64,000 nt of DNA from Candidatus Sulfomarinibacteraceae bacterium (GCA_963796455.1 CAWCLO010000006.1:128001-192000), one strand, 5' to 3'. Counted from the first letter of the stretch, positions 10,053-20,028 are shown. Program-made: numbers and translations. Notes: generated by a model from the sequence alone, not told the origin.

Positions 10053-12293
10053 TCAACGCTTCAAAGCCTTCTTCCTGGGCCGTCCGGACTTGCGCGCGGC
10101 GCGGGTGTCAGGTTTGACGCCCACCGGGACCAGCTGCAGCTGCATGGCATCCAGATCGACCCGGGCGAGCAGCACCTCGATGGGATCGCCTAGACGCCAC
10201 ACCTTTTTCTTTTTCTCCCCCACCAGGCGGTGTCGCCGGTCGTCATAGACGTAATAGTCATCGTCGATCTCCGAGATGTGGATCATCCCGTCAACCGAGA
10301 TTTCATCGAGCCGGACAAAGAGACCGAACTCGGTGACTCCCGAGATGTGTCCGTCAAAAATCTCGCCCTCCCGCTCGCGCAGATAGAGCACCGTCTTCCA
10401 CTCGACCGCAGCCCGCTCCGCCGACTCGGCTCGCCTCTCGGCCGCCGAACACGATTCGCCGAGAATCTTGAGCTCGGCTTCAACCGCCTCACGTTCGGGT
10501 CCCGGCCGGAACGGACCATCCTCGAGAAGCTTTGCCAGCATCCGATGGACCACGAGATCCGGATAACGTCGGATCGGTGAGGTGAAGTGCAGATATTCCT
10601 CGGTGGTCAGGGCGTAGTGCCCCCGCGGGTCGGGGCTATAGAGGGCCCGCGCCAGAGTCCGCAGGACCAGCATGTCGATCAGCCGCTCCTCGGGTCTCCC
10701 GTCTGCAGCTTCGAGCAGATCCTGAAGCGCGGAGGGTTCGAGGGACGACGGATCACCCTTCAGCTTCAGACCGAGATCGGAGACTACCTGCATCAGTTGC
10801 TCGACCCGCTGAGCCTCCGGCTGATCGTGCACCCGATAGAGACCCGGCTGGTCCGCATCCATCAACATCTGGGCCACGCAACGATTCGCCGCAACCATCA
10901 ACTCCTCGATCAAGCGGTGGGCGCGATTGCGCGCGGCAGGTTGGATCGCAACCACCCGTCCTTCGGGATCGAGGATGAGTTCGGGCTCGGCGAGGTCAAA
11001 ATCGAGGCTGCCGCTTGCGCGACGAGCCTGACCCAGTCGTTTGGCGGCCTCGGCCAGGAGGTCGAGCGATCCAGCAAAGGGCTCGGTCTCCGCCGGCCAT
11101 TGGCTGCGAGGAGATTCCAACCACCCGGCAACCTCGCCATAGGTGCAGCGGCGGCGCGAACTGATCACCGAGGCCCCCGCCGATCGTCGGATGATCTCAC
11201 CGCCACGATCAACCGTGAACCAAACCGTCCAGGTCAGACGGTCCACTTTTTCGCGCAGGGAGCAGAGGTCGTTCGAGAGTTTCTCGGGCAACATCGGCAC
11301 GCACCGACCGGGCAGATACACGCTGGTTCCGCGTTCCCGGGCCGACTCATCGAGGGCGGTGCCGGGCCGAACATAATGACTGACGTCGGCGATATGGACT
11401 CCGACCTCGATCGCCCCGTTTTTCCCCTTGCGGGCACTGACCGCATCGTCAAAATCGCGAGCGGTGCTGCCGTCGATGGTGATCGTAGGCTCGCCACGAA
11501 GATCCGACCGCCCCTTGATCTCGGCTTCGGAGATCTCGGACGGGAGATGATTCGCCTCGGCCATCACCGATTCCGAAAACCGCTCCACGATGCCGAACTG
11601 CCGAAGCACCACCTTTTCGACCACGCCCGGATCTGCGGCTTGACCAAGCCGTTCCAGAAGCACCCCGCGGGCGCGCTGTCCTTTCGGGTCAACTGTGTCC
11701 AGCGAAATGACGACCAGCTCCCCTTCGAGGGGCTCGCCCTCGACCCGGGACCCGGTCGGCGTGACCGTCAATCGGAGCCGCCGCTCGAGCGGCTTCACGT
11801 GGGGACGACCGCTGCCGACGATCCACCGCCCGACCACCTCCTGCCTCGCCCGCTCGAGAACACGCACCACCACGCCCTCGCGAACTCCGTCGGCACGGGC
11901 GCGCTTGCGCGGCTTTTCCAGCCGCACCAGTACCGTGTCACCGACCAGAGCCCCTCGCATCGCGTGCGGTGAGATGCGAATCGGCGCCCCGGATCGGTCG
12001 CCACCCGCGACCTCGATCTTTGCCCCGGCGACCCGCCGCAACTCGCCGGTCACCAGGTCGGAGGCCTCGGCCGAGAAGTACCGCTTGCCGCGGCCGAGCA
12101 TCACCAGGCCGTCTTTTTGCAGCTGTTTGAGGATCGGCCGCAGGATATGGCGCGCCTCGGAACGGCCCATCGAATGTTCTGCAGCCATCTGATTGACCAG
12201 CTGCTGGATTGTCAGACCCTTGGGACCGCGACGCTGAATCGCGGACAAAAGATCTTCAGATTTCAGATTTTTATTGGAATTGCTTTCGGTCAT
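10053..12293 (-). CDS. rnr: Ribonuclease R
   Basis: RNB motifs TIDGSTARDFDDA, HIADVSHYV, HFTSPIRRYPDLVVHR; C-terminal S1 domain and basic tail. Confidence 0.95.
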   Translation of the reverse strand: MTESNSNKNLKSEDLLSAIQRRGPKGLTIQQLVNQMAAEHSMGRSEARHILRPILKQLQKDGLVMLGRGKRYFSAEASDLVTGELRRVAGAKIEVAGGDRSGAPIRISPHAMRGALVGDTVLVRLEKPRKRARADGVREGVVVRVLERARQEVVGRWIVGSGRPHVKPLERRLRLTVTPTGSRVEGEPLEGELVVISLDTVDPKGQRARGVLLERLGQAADPGVVEKVVLRQFGIVERFSESVMAEANHLPSEISEAEIKGRSDLRGEPTITIDGSTARDFDDAVSARKGKNGAIEVGVHIADVSHYVRPGTALDESARERGTSVYLPGRCVPMLPEKLSNDLCSLREKVDRLTWTVWFTVDRGGEIIRRSAGASVISSRRRCTYGEVAGWLESPRSQWPAETEPFAGSLDLLAEAAKRLGQARRASGSLDFDLAEPELILDPEGRVVAIQPAARNRAHRLIEELMVAANRCVAQMLMDADQPGLYRVHDQPEAQRVEQLMQVVSDLGLKLKGDPSSLEPSALQDLLEAADGRPEERLIDMLVLRTLARALYSPDPRGHYALTTEEYLHFTSPIRRYPDLVVHRMLAKLLEDGPFRPGPEREAVEAELKILGESCSAAERRAESAERAAVEWKTVLYLREREGEIFDGHISGVTEFGLFVRLDEISVDGMIHISEIDDDYYVYDDRRHRLVGEKKKKVWRLGDPIEVLLARVDLDAMQLQLVPVGVKPDTRAARKSGRPRKKALKR

Positions 12294-12319
12294 TGCAACC
12301 TATTGAAACACACTTTGTC

Positions 12320-12403
12320 ATTTCGAATTTCGAATTTCGGATTTCGGATTTCGGATTTTGGATTTCGGGTTGCGGATTTCGAATTTCGGATTTCGGATTT
12401 TGC
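12320..12403. repeat. Heptamer tandem repeat (ATTTCGR), 12 units with variants
   Basis: atttcga atttcga atttcgg atttcgg ... directly upstream of rnr. Confidence 0.9.
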
Positions 12404-12407
12404 AGGG

Positions 12408-12659
12408 TTACTCAGCCTTGGCGAGTTTGTTGTAGAGCCAGGCGAACAGCCAGCCACCGATGAAACCGTCGATGAAGCCCCAGATGGCACCGACAAACGC
12501 CCCCACGTAGCTGAAGCTGTATCCGAGATAGAAGTGGTCGAGGGTCCTGATCTGTTCACCCTCATATCCCCGAAGCAGCAACCAGACGGTCGCACCAAAG
12601 ACCGCAAATCCCCACAAAATCCCACACGCCAGGCCAAAGGCCTTCGCATTCAGACGCAT
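12408..12659 (-). CDS. Small two-TM membrane protein, holin-like family
   Basis: MRLNAKAFGLACGILWG...YLGY...GAIWGFIDGFIGGWLFAWLYN; GAGG SD before ATG 12659. Confidence 0.7.
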   Translation of the reverse strand: MRLNAKAFGLACGILWGFAVFGATVWLLLRGYEGEQIRTLDHFYLGYSFSYVGAFVGAIWGFIDGFIGGWLFAWLYNKLAKAE

Positions 12660-12760
12660 CTCAAACCTCCTCGTTTTTCGTTCCTGCATTGCTTGAAGGC
12701 AGGGTACCACCGCCTTCCGGATTCAAAACCCGCCGGCAGCGATTGGCGCAGCGAATCGCC

Positions 12761-12789
12761 TTGACAGTGAACCGGCCGGGATCTACCAT
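12761..12789 (+). promoter_or_regulatory. Sigma-70-type promoter of tRNA-Leu
   Basis: TTGACA, 17 bp, TACCAT, ending 17 bp before the tRNA. Confidence 0.7.
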
Positions 12790-12806
12790 GCACCTCCCGC
12801 TTATGT

Positions 12807-12894
<88 letters not shown>

Positions 12895-12907
12895 AGCATC
12901 TTCCTCT

Positions 12908-12991
12908 TCAAATACGTAAAGAAACACCCTGTGCAAACGGATTATTGTCCCGTTGGGGAACTCGTCGCACGACCGACTGCGCGCGATTCAT
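12908..12991 (-). CDS. Putative 27-aa peptide, repeat copy 1
   Basis: AAGGAGG, 5 nt, ATG; MNRAQSVVRRVPQRDNNPFAQGVSLRI*. Confidence 0.4.
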   Translation of the reverse strand: MNRAQSVVRRVPQRDNNPFAQGVSLRI

Positions 12992-13080
12992 GGTGTCCTC
13001 CTTCAGATGACCCCTGAATCGCAAGGCGCGGTCGGCCGCGGGGTTTGAGTCCCCCCTTTCGCACCACAGCATCTTCCTCT

Positions 13081-13164
13081 TCAATCTCGTAGAGAAACCC
13101 CCTGTGCAAACGGATTATTGTCCCGTTGGGGAACTCGTCGCACGACCGACTGCGCGCGATTCAT
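13081..13164 (-). CDS. Putative 27-aa peptide, repeat copy 2
   Basis: Same SD and ATG; MNRAQSVVRRVPQRDNNPFAQGVSLRD*. Three of five differences from copy 1 are synonymous. Confidence 0.4.
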   Translation of the reverse strand: MNRAQSVVRRVPQRDNNPFAQGVSLRD

Positions 13165-13334
13165 GGTGTCCTCCTTCAGATGACCCCTGAATCGCAAGGC
13201 GCGGTCGGCCGCGGGGTTTGAGTCCCCCCTTTCGCACCACAGCATCTTCCTCTTCAAATACGTAAAGAAACACCCTGTGCAAACGGATTATTGTCCCGTT
13301 GAGGAACTCATCGCACTCAGCCCATCCTTCGTGA

Positions 13335-14765
13335 TCAGGCAGGTTGCTCCAGCAGCTTGTCGATCACGTCCGCGGCGGAGTAGGAGGTCTTGCCTTCGGG
13401 AATGAAACGGGCGATCTGGGCCAGGTCGTCGCCGGAGGTGAGCAAGGGTTTTTCGACCTCGCCGCCCTTCTGGATCTGGGGATGGCCGGCGTTTGCGACC
13501 AGTGAGTTGCAGATGCACTTGCGTCCGATCGTGTCGGCTTCCTGCCCACCCTTGGCGAGATAGTTCTCCACCGGTTCCGAAGCACAACGGTATCCCACCT
13601 TGCCGTCGTCCTTGCGGTACGCCTCACGCAGATAGCCGAGATCACAGACCCGGGTGCGTGAAAGGTAGACATCGCGCTCGGAGAGACTGCCCTCCAACTG
13701 GGCCACCTTGAACGGGAATCCGGTCGGCGAGGCAAGACGATCGGTGACAACCCGCGCCGTCCCCGCCACGGCTTCCTGCAGCAAAGCCTTTCGATATTCG
13801 TCTGCCAACCCGGAATCGTCGCAAAGCGCGAAGGCAGTGCCGACCTGTATTCCGTTACCGCCGGCAGCCAGGACCTCACGCAGTTTTTCGGCGGAGGCGG
13901 CCCCTCCGGCCACCCAGAACGGAAGCCCCATGTCGCGTATTTTGGCGAGATCGACGACATCCCGATCGCCATAGATCGGCTCGTTCTCGTCATTGACCTC
14001 CAACTGGCCGCGGGGCGGCGCATTGTGACCGCCGGCGGTCGGTCCTTCAATGACAAAACCATCGACCTGCCCGTTGGATCTCCTCAACATCGTTACGGCC
14101 AACACATTGGAAGCGATGATGGGGAAAAACTTCGGGCGAACAAGAGGAGGGGGATCGCCCTCGATGAAATCCTGCGGGTCAAAACGGGCGAGGTTGTCAT
14201 CGCCGTTTTGTGAGCCAACGACATTCAACGGATAAGAAACTTTTTGATGCGTCGATAGGCCGTCGAGGACACCGGGAACCATGGTTGGGATCCCCGCACC
14301 CATGATCACGTAGGCCGCGCCGGCCAACATTGCGCCGTACATCGAGGGAAGGTGCGGCATCTGGATTTTCTCGAGATAATTGATGCCGATATCGCCGTCG
14401 TGGCCCTCGCGAGCGAGAAAGACCTCGATAAAGTTCCCCAGAATGCAAAGTTCGTGGAGTCGCTTCGCCCCAACCTTTTTGTGGAGCGGAATCGCCGCGT
14501 AGGGTTTGTCGGCCGGCTTGCCCTCCGGAACGTAGAACTTATCCAGAGCCCGTCTGGCCATGTCGGGGAAGGGAAAACTCTGAAGCGCCCGGCGGACGTG
14601 CCCGCCGGCGTCGCCATCCTGGAGCCGCCTGACCAATAAGATCTCGAGCGCGACACCGGACACTACGCCGAGCTGCCCCAACTTTGAAACGGTCCGGGCG
14701 AGGTGCCAATTCGAGATCGCGACGCCCATTCCACCTTGAATGATCTTCGGAAATTGAACTGCCAT
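13335..14765 (-). CDS. Nitronate monooxygenase / FabK-like FMN-dependent oxidoreductase
   Basis: IIQGGMG, GAGIP, EGPTAGGHN, AGG, GIQVGTAF. Confidence 0.85.
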   Translation of the reverse strand: MAVQFPKIIQGGMGVAISNWHLARTVSKLGQLGVVSGVALEILLVRRLQDGDAGGHVRRALQSFPFPDMARRALDKFYVPEGKPADKPYAAIPLHKKVGAKRLHELCILGNFIEVFLAREGHDGDIGINYLEKIQMPHLPSMYGAMLAGAAYVIMGAGIPTMVPGVLDGLSTHQKVSYPLNVVGSQNGDDNLARFDPQDFIEGDPPPLVRPKFFPIIASNVLAVTMLRRSNGQVDGFVIEGPTAGGHNAPPRGQLEVNDENEPIYGDRDVVDLAKIRDMGLPFWVAGGAASAEKLREVLAAGGNGIQVGTAFALCDDSGLADEYRKALLQEAVAGTARVVTDRLASPTGFPFKVAQLEGSLSERDVYLSRTRVCDLGYLREAYRKDDGKVGYRCASEPVENYLAKGGQEADTIGRKCICNSLVANAGHPQIQKGGEVEKPLLTSGDDLAQIARFIPEGKTSYSAADVIDKLLEQPA

Positions 14766-14901
14766 GAATCGCAGCGTAACAGTCGGAAATGACTCCCGAA
14801 AGTCCGCCTGCGGCAACGTGTGCCGCGTACGGTGACATGGCCTGATGAGTCCCGATCGTCGAGGCGGCGAGCAGAAGGCAGTCCTTCAGAGCCTTTGGCG
14901 C

Positions 14902-16122
14902 TCACCTCCAGGCGAGACAGAGCACGTGGTAGCTGGAGGTACCACACGTAGCATTGCTGATACTCATCCAGGAGCCACTGGTGCTCTGAGTGCTTCCATA
15001 GCGACCGCCGAACAGGGCCGATCCATGCGTCCAACCCGAACAGGTTGTCGTCGCCACCGAGCCGTCGTCGAGGCTCCCCGTATACCAGAAACCGGTGGCG
15101 GTCTGGGCGCCCGCCGCGTCCAGCGACTGATCAATGGACCCATCGAGAAGATCAGCCCAATCGTCGGCGATCACCTGCCAATTGGGTCCGGTGATCATGC
15201 GATCGGTCGGCACCCCGAAAGCGACTGGAAAATCTCGGATCTCGTCGTCGGCCGAAACGGAAATCAGCGCGCGAGTCTTCGCTGCGAGGGGTACTCCCGG
15301 CGTTGACTGCGCCGCCTGCCCGCACAATACATCGGCACCCGATCTTCCGCCGATGGCACCGGTCACACCACCGCCATCGAAGATGACCAGTCGATCGGGC
15401 AGGACCGGCGTCAGCATCGACCAACCCGTGCCATCCGCCGACTCGAAGCCATCACTATGGATATCGAGCGTCGCCGGCGGCGAGGACATGGTGATCTCGT
15501 CGAGATAGGAACTCAGGGCGTAATAGTTGTAGAAATTGAACCGGGTCAGCGTGGTCAGATTCGATGAACGAAACGGCACGTTGTACTGCCGCGGCACGCC
15601 ATCGATGCTGGCGTCGACCGTCCGTCCCACCCAATCGAGGGTGAGGTCCACTCGATACCATTGTCCCGGGTTGTAGGGTGCAAGGGTGTAGGAATACACC
15701 GGCGTGGAAAGAGACCAGTAACCGCCGGCCGATGCGACGAACAACACTGCGCCGCCATCGACTGCGGCGTTTTCATCTCCCAGCACAACGTAGGCGTTGG
15801 TCACATTCGCGGTTTCGGTTCGTACCCAGAAGGTGACTCCGGTGGCCTGCCAACTCCCAAGATCGTAGTTGGCGCCTTGCGAATGACCACACGCACCGTC
15901 GATCTTGAGACTGCGTGCCGATCCGTTGGCGCCTGTTGCGGAACTGTTGACCGCGGTACAGGGCCCGGTGGGAGCCGTCCATCCAACGAGGTCACCATCT
16001 TCGAAGTCATCGATGAGCGCGATGGCTTTGGATTGAGCGATCTGTTGGGCGGCTGAAGGAGAGCTGACGGACAATATCACCATGGCGACACAGGCAAGCC
16101 CGAGCGAGAAAGGAAATCTCAT
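14902..16122 (-). CDS. Secreted protein with a beta-sandwich domain and a C-terminal DUF1554/endostatin-like Cys domain
   Basis: Signal peptide; DDFEDGD and IHSDGFES motifs; C-terminal GADVLC...IADDWADLLDGSI...WYTG...CSGWT...HVLCL. Confidence 0.65.
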   Translation of the reverse strand: MRFPFSLGLACVAMVILSVSSPSAAQQIAQSKAIALIDDFEDGDLVGWTAPTGPCTAVNSSATGANGSARSLKIDGACGHSQGANYDLGSWQATGVTFWVRTETANVTNAYVVLGDENAAVDGGAVLFVASAGGYWSLSTPVYSYTLAPYNPGQWYRVDLTLDWVGRTVDASIDGVPRQYNVPFRSSNLTTLTRFNFYNYYALSSYLDEITMSSPPATLDIHSDGFESADGTGWSMLTPVLPDRLVIFDGGGVTGAIGGRSGADVLCGQAAQSTPGVPLAAKTRALISVSADDEIRDFPVAFGVPTDRMITGPNWQVIADDWADLLDGSIDQSLDAAGAQTATGFWYTGSLDDGSVATTTCSGWTHGSALFGGRYGSTQSTSGSWMSISNATCGTSSYHVLCLAWR

Positions 16123-16256
16123 ATTGGGTACTCCTTCTGCGAGAATTCTCTCAACGGATAAACCCAATATAGGCCCGGAGGAACAGCTTTTCACCCGCCA
16201 TCGAGGCGATGTGTGATGGCTGTCACCGGCTGGATTGTGTGGAGATTCTCGCCCGG

Positions 16257-16997
16257 TCAGGGAGCGACGAAGGCCTCCGCCAGAACGGCAGCGACCCGAT
16301 CTCGCCCGTCGCCGTAAAACTCGAGGAAGCGGACTCCGATTCCGTTGACGCCTCCCCGCTCGGCGGTGGCATGTCGAACGATGGCCGCCTCTCCAGTCAC
16401 CTTGTTTTCTTCGTCCCCTGCCAGGATCTCGAAAACGACGAGCTGGCCGGGTTCGAGAACGGTGGTGGTCTGAACCAGCATCCCGGTCAGCGACAGATTC
16501 GACGTTTCGCCCGCCGCCTCGATGGTTCCATCGTCGAGAACCGTTGACAGGCGAGCCGCAAAACGCATCGCGGCCCTCGGGGCGATGTCGAGGAGATCCG
16601 CCACATGCTGCTCGATCACCTCTTCGGCCGTTTCGATGGTGACGACGCGGTTGACGCCGCGGCCGATGAGTTGACGGGCGGCCGGCACGGCGTCGTCGGC
16701 TGCGATGACCAGGACCGAACTCGTGTGGCTGGCGGAGGCTTCATTTCGTAAACGGCTGACGATCTCGGCGAAGCTTTGCTGGTCAGGCTCTGCATCGAAA
16801 ATGATCAGATCGAAGTGCTTCGCACAGGCCAGAGCCACGGCCTCTTCGAGGGAGGCCGCCGTTTCGATTTCGAGCTGACGACGATCGAGAACCGGTGCAA
16901 TGGCATTGAACGGCCCCCGGCCGATTCCCGCCAGCAGCACGGTCGATAGATTGTCTGTCACGGGTCCTCCTTCGTCCGCCGGAGTCCGACTGTTCAC
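16257..16997 (-). CDS. Receiver-like domain plus PilZ domain protein
   Basis: FDLIIFD receiver-like segment; PilZ motifs RAAMR (RxxxR) and NLSLTG (D/NxSxxG). Confidence 0.75.
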   Translation of the reverse strand: MNSRTPADEGGPVTDNLSTVLLAGIGRGPFNAIAPVLDRRQLEIETAASLEEAVALACAKHFDLIIFDAEPDQQSFAEIVSRLRNEASASHTSSVLVIAADDAVPAARQLIGRGVNRVVTIETAEEVIEQHVADLLDIAPRAAMRFAARLSTVLDDGTIEAAGETSNLSLTGMLVQTTTVLEPGQLVVFEILAGDEENKVTGEAAIVRHATAERGGVNGIGVRFLEFYGDGRDRVAAVLAEAFVAP

Positions 16998-17248
16998 ATT
17001 TCATTCAGCACAATGTGACCACTATACCCGGACCGGATTCAAATCACCTTCTCAGGATGCTCCATCCGAATTCCCTCCACCGGGCAAACTGTTTTGAGCC
17101 CATTCCCGTACAATGGGTAGCCATCCGACGCAGACGAGCGGGTGTTGCACAGATATTTCATGATCTTGGAATAAAGATCATTTTCACAACGGTTTAACCT
17201 CAGCTGGGTAAAGTGTGGACCGAAGCGCCACCGCCCTTGGAGAGAGTC

Positions 17249-18169
17249 ATGAAAACGGTAACGACAGAAAACCGCAAGCGGGTCTCGAAACTCGAGGCCG
17301 AGCTGGCGAATTTCCGCGAGATGATGGAGTACGTCAACTGGATCCCGGATGAGGTGAGCCTGACCAATATCGAGGTATTCGGGGAGACATTTCCTCTCAA
17401 TGGGCTGCTCGGCGGTGACCACATCATCGTCGTCGATTTCAAAAAGCGCTACAACCTGGACGCTCGTATCACCGAAGCCCTGCAACAGGGCCGCGAAGAC
17501 GTAGCGCAGAATCTCAAAGCCTGCAAGGATCGGGTCGGCATCCTCCTCGCCGACTCTTGCGGTCACGACATGACCGATTCGCTACTGACAGCGATGCTGC
17601 ACCAGGCCTTTCTCACGGGTGTGCTGTACGAATTGGAGACCAACGGCCACGTCACATCAAAACTCTTCGAGATTCTCAACACCCGTTTCGCCCGTTCGTC
17701 CAGCATCAGCAAGTTCATCACCATGGTCTACGGAGAAATCGGCGAGGACGGGACCTTCCGTTTCATATCGGCCGGTCACCCGAAACCTCTCGTCTACTCG
17801 TCCGAATACGACAGGCTGGTGGATATCGACCCGGAGCGCACCAAGAACTTTCTCCCCGTCGGGCTCTTTCCGAGCCGCGGAGACATCGATGAGGGACCGG
17901 CGACGATTCCACTTCCTTCGAAGGAACGATATTCGGTCAACGAGGTCAGCCTCATGGGTGTCGGCGATATTCTCCTGCTGCAAACGGATGGTCTTTACGA
18001 GCACTCCCTCGGCGAACAATCCTATACCCCGGAAAAGCTCGAGCGCGCGATCCGGGAAACAAAGGATCTGCCGCCGCACGACATCGTTGCCGCCATCCGG
18101 GAGGATATGGTTCGTTTCGCGCCGCCGCAGGACGACACCAGCCTGGTTGTGATCAAAAAGACTGCGTGA
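17249..18169 (+). CDS. PP2C / SpoIIE-family Ser/Thr phosphatase
   Basis: GGDH, ADSCGH, SAGHP, TDGL, DDTSLVVIK. Confidence 0.9.
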   Translation: MKTVTTENRKRVSKLEAELANFREMMEYVNWIPDEVSLTNIEVFGETFPLNGLLGGDHIIVVDFKKRYNLDARITEALQQGREDVAQNLKACKDRVGILLADSCGHDMTDSLLTAMLHQAFLTGVLYELETNGHVTSKLFEILNTRFARSSSISKFITMVYGEIGEDGTFRFISAGHPKPLVYSSEYDRLVDIDPERTKNFLPVGLFPSRGDIDEGPATIPLPSKERYSVNEVSLMGVGDILLLQTDGLYEHSLGEQSYTPEKLERAIRETKDLPPHDIVAAIREDMVRFAPPQDDTSLVVIKKTA

Positions 18170-19172
18170 GGTCTTCACCCCTGCGACGAGCGCTCGGGGA
18201 CATACCGGTCCAACGTTTGAATGATCTGGAAAAGCTCGAGACTTCAGAAAAGCCGAGCATGTAGGTGATGTCGCTCAACGTCAGATCGTCATCGTCAATA
18301 AGACGCTGCGCCAGTTCGCGCCTTGTTTCTTCGAGAACCGCCTTGTATGTCGTCCCCTCCTCGCGCAACTTGCGCTGCAGGGAACGAGAGCTCATGTTCA
18401 ACTCGGCCGCGATGACCCCGGCCGGAACCACCCCCGATGGCATGCCGTCGATCAAGCGAGCCTTGACGCGCATGACCGTCGGAGATCCGCTGAGTTGGGC
18501 CAGATAGTCTCGAATGACCTTTTCATTGGCGTATGCCAGTTCGGCGTTCGCCGACGACAGCGGGTGGCGCGCGTCCGCGAGATCAATTGTGACTGCAATC
18601 CTCTCGGCGCCGTAATAAATCGGCGACCGGAAAAACTCCTGCCGCCGCTGCCGGCAACCGCAACCATCGTGGGTGAGGGACACCGATTGCGGTCTGAATT
18701 CCGGCCCAAAGGTCATCCTCGCCATCTGGACGATGTTCGCGGTCACCGCATCCATCACCACCGGATTGGGATCGATACCTGATCCGTGCTGCGCGGCGAT
18801 GACCATGGTCAAGGCTCCATCCTGATCGTCGATCCTGAAATCCGCCGCGGTGGATATGACCGCCGAGTAGCGAACCAGCCGGCGCAGGGCCTCTTCGATG
18901 GTTGCGCTCGCCAGCCAGGCAAATCCGAGGCCGTGCCAGGTTGTGGGGTGCCATTGTGCGGCAGCCGTCAACCCGAAACAGGGATCGCCGGCCCGCGCCT
19001 CGGCATATTCCCACAATCGAGCCATCGCTCGGGCCGGATAACGTTCATTCGGATCGTCGAGCAACTCGGGATCGAGCCCGGCATCTCGAAACACCTCATC
19101 CGGATCAATACCATAGGTTCTCAGCGCATCCCAGATCATCCGGGCCCACGAGGTGATCGTCGTAAACGGCAT
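18153..19172 (-). CDS. AraC family transcriptional regulator (OruR-like)
   Basis: C-terminal double HTH MSSRSLQRKL...LGFSEVSSFSRSFKRWTGMSP. Confidence 0.92.
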   Translation of the reverse strand: MPFTTITSWARMIWDALRTYGIDPDEVFRDAGLDPELLDDPNERYPARAMARLWEYAEARAGDPCFGLTAAAQWHPTTWHGLGFAWLASATIEEALRRLVRYSAVISTAADFRIDDQDGALTMVIAAQHGSGIDPNPVVMDAVTANIVQMARMTFGPEFRPQSVSLTHDGCGCRQRRQEFFRSPIYYGAERIAVTIDLADARHPLSSANAELAYANEKVIRDYLAQLSGSPTVMRVKARLIDGMPSGVVPAGVIAAELNMSSRSLQRKLREEGTTYKAVLEETRRELAQRLIDDDDLTLSDITYMLGFSEVSSFSRSFKRWTGMSPSARRRGEDLTQSF

Positions 19173-19437
19173 CGACAAATCCTACACGAGCACGAGTTTT
19201 GATGGACCCATTCAAAAAGTAGAATATCCAACTCAATACAGACGGAAGCTTCAAACACTTGAGATCAATAGATTTGGCGCGAAATGTCAAAAAAACGGCG
19301 CATCCAGACATGCACGGAAGACCGATTCGGGGCATATTGAATACGAGGATCAACGATGCGCCGTCTGGTCCGACTTCATCATCATTTATTCCTCTCATCG
19401 CCAGCGGCCGTCCGTTGGCATTTTTTTGGAGACCGCT

Positions 19438-19731
19438 ATGGAATGGACGCCCGAAGACATCATCGAAGCGATTCTCAACCGCGGTCCATTCTCCAAAGAT
19501 CTTGTCGAGAGCTGGCCCAAAGCCCTTCGGAAGGACTATTTCGAACTCATGGCCCTCGATCTCGAAGATCTCGGGGCGGAGGAGTTCGAACGTCAATCAC
19601 GCTTCATCGGAGAGACCTATCTCTTGAGCCACAACAAACCGATTCGCAGCTCGAGCGTGCTCCTCAATGCGTGGTTGAAGTTGACCGACGGCGAGCCTCC
19701 GCCGGAGATGCTGGCATTTCAGGTCGAGTAG
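19438..19731 (+). CDS. Hypothetical protein (97 aa)
   Basis: GGAG SD before ATG 19438 and host-like codon usage; no recognised motif. Confidence 0.55.
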   Translation: MEWTPEDIIEAILNRGPFSKDLVESWPKALRKDYFELMALDLEDLGAEEFERQSRFIGETYLLSHNKPIRSSSVLLNAWLKLTDGEPPPEMLAFQVE

Positions 19732-19743
19732 GCGCCGCCGCTT

Positions 19744-20028
19744 TCAATCCTCGGAGACGCAACAAGACGCTTCGGTCCGGCCGAGCGCCGAATTGATGAC
19801 CGCGGCCGCACACCCGACACCGGCCGAGACGGAAATCGCATCGGACTCGCAGTTGAGGGCACAGGCTCCGCACTCCATGCACGCGTCGCGATCGCTGACC
19901 CTGGCGCCGACATCGTTCATCACAAATACCGCGTGCGGACAAACGAGCACACACACCCCACAACCGATACAACGCCCCTCATCGAGTTCAAGCGTCGTGA
20001 CACCGCGCAGGTAGGTCAAACCGGTCAT
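19744..20028 (-). CDS. hgcB: Mercury methylation ferredoxin HgcB
   Basis: Two CxxCxxCxxxC motifs (CIGCGVCVLVC, CMECGACALNC), GVGCAAA, C-terminal vicinal CC; ATG overlaps the hgcA stop (TGATG). Confidence 0.95.
   Translation of the reverse strand: MTGLTYLRGVTTLELDEGRCIGCGVCVLVCPHAVFVMNDVGARVSDRDACMECGACALNCESDAISVSAGVGCAAAVINSALGRTEASCCVSED

Noticed and set aside
12290..12649. ORFs containing SEIRNPK / FRISDFG repeats
   Set aside because: These are translations of the ATTTCGR heptamer repeat, not plausible proteins.
13040..13239. Additional tRNA genes
   Set aside because: Only the T-arm and 3' acceptor strand are present; the D-arm, anticodon arm and 5' strand are missing.
14842..14880. Hammerhead ribozyme (CTGATGAG core)
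   Set aside because: No closing stem II followed by GAAA at the required position.
19744..19746. Sec read-through of the hgcB TGA
   Set aside because: The protein already ends after the conserved CC motif, and I saw no comparable SECIS-like hairpin after the stop.
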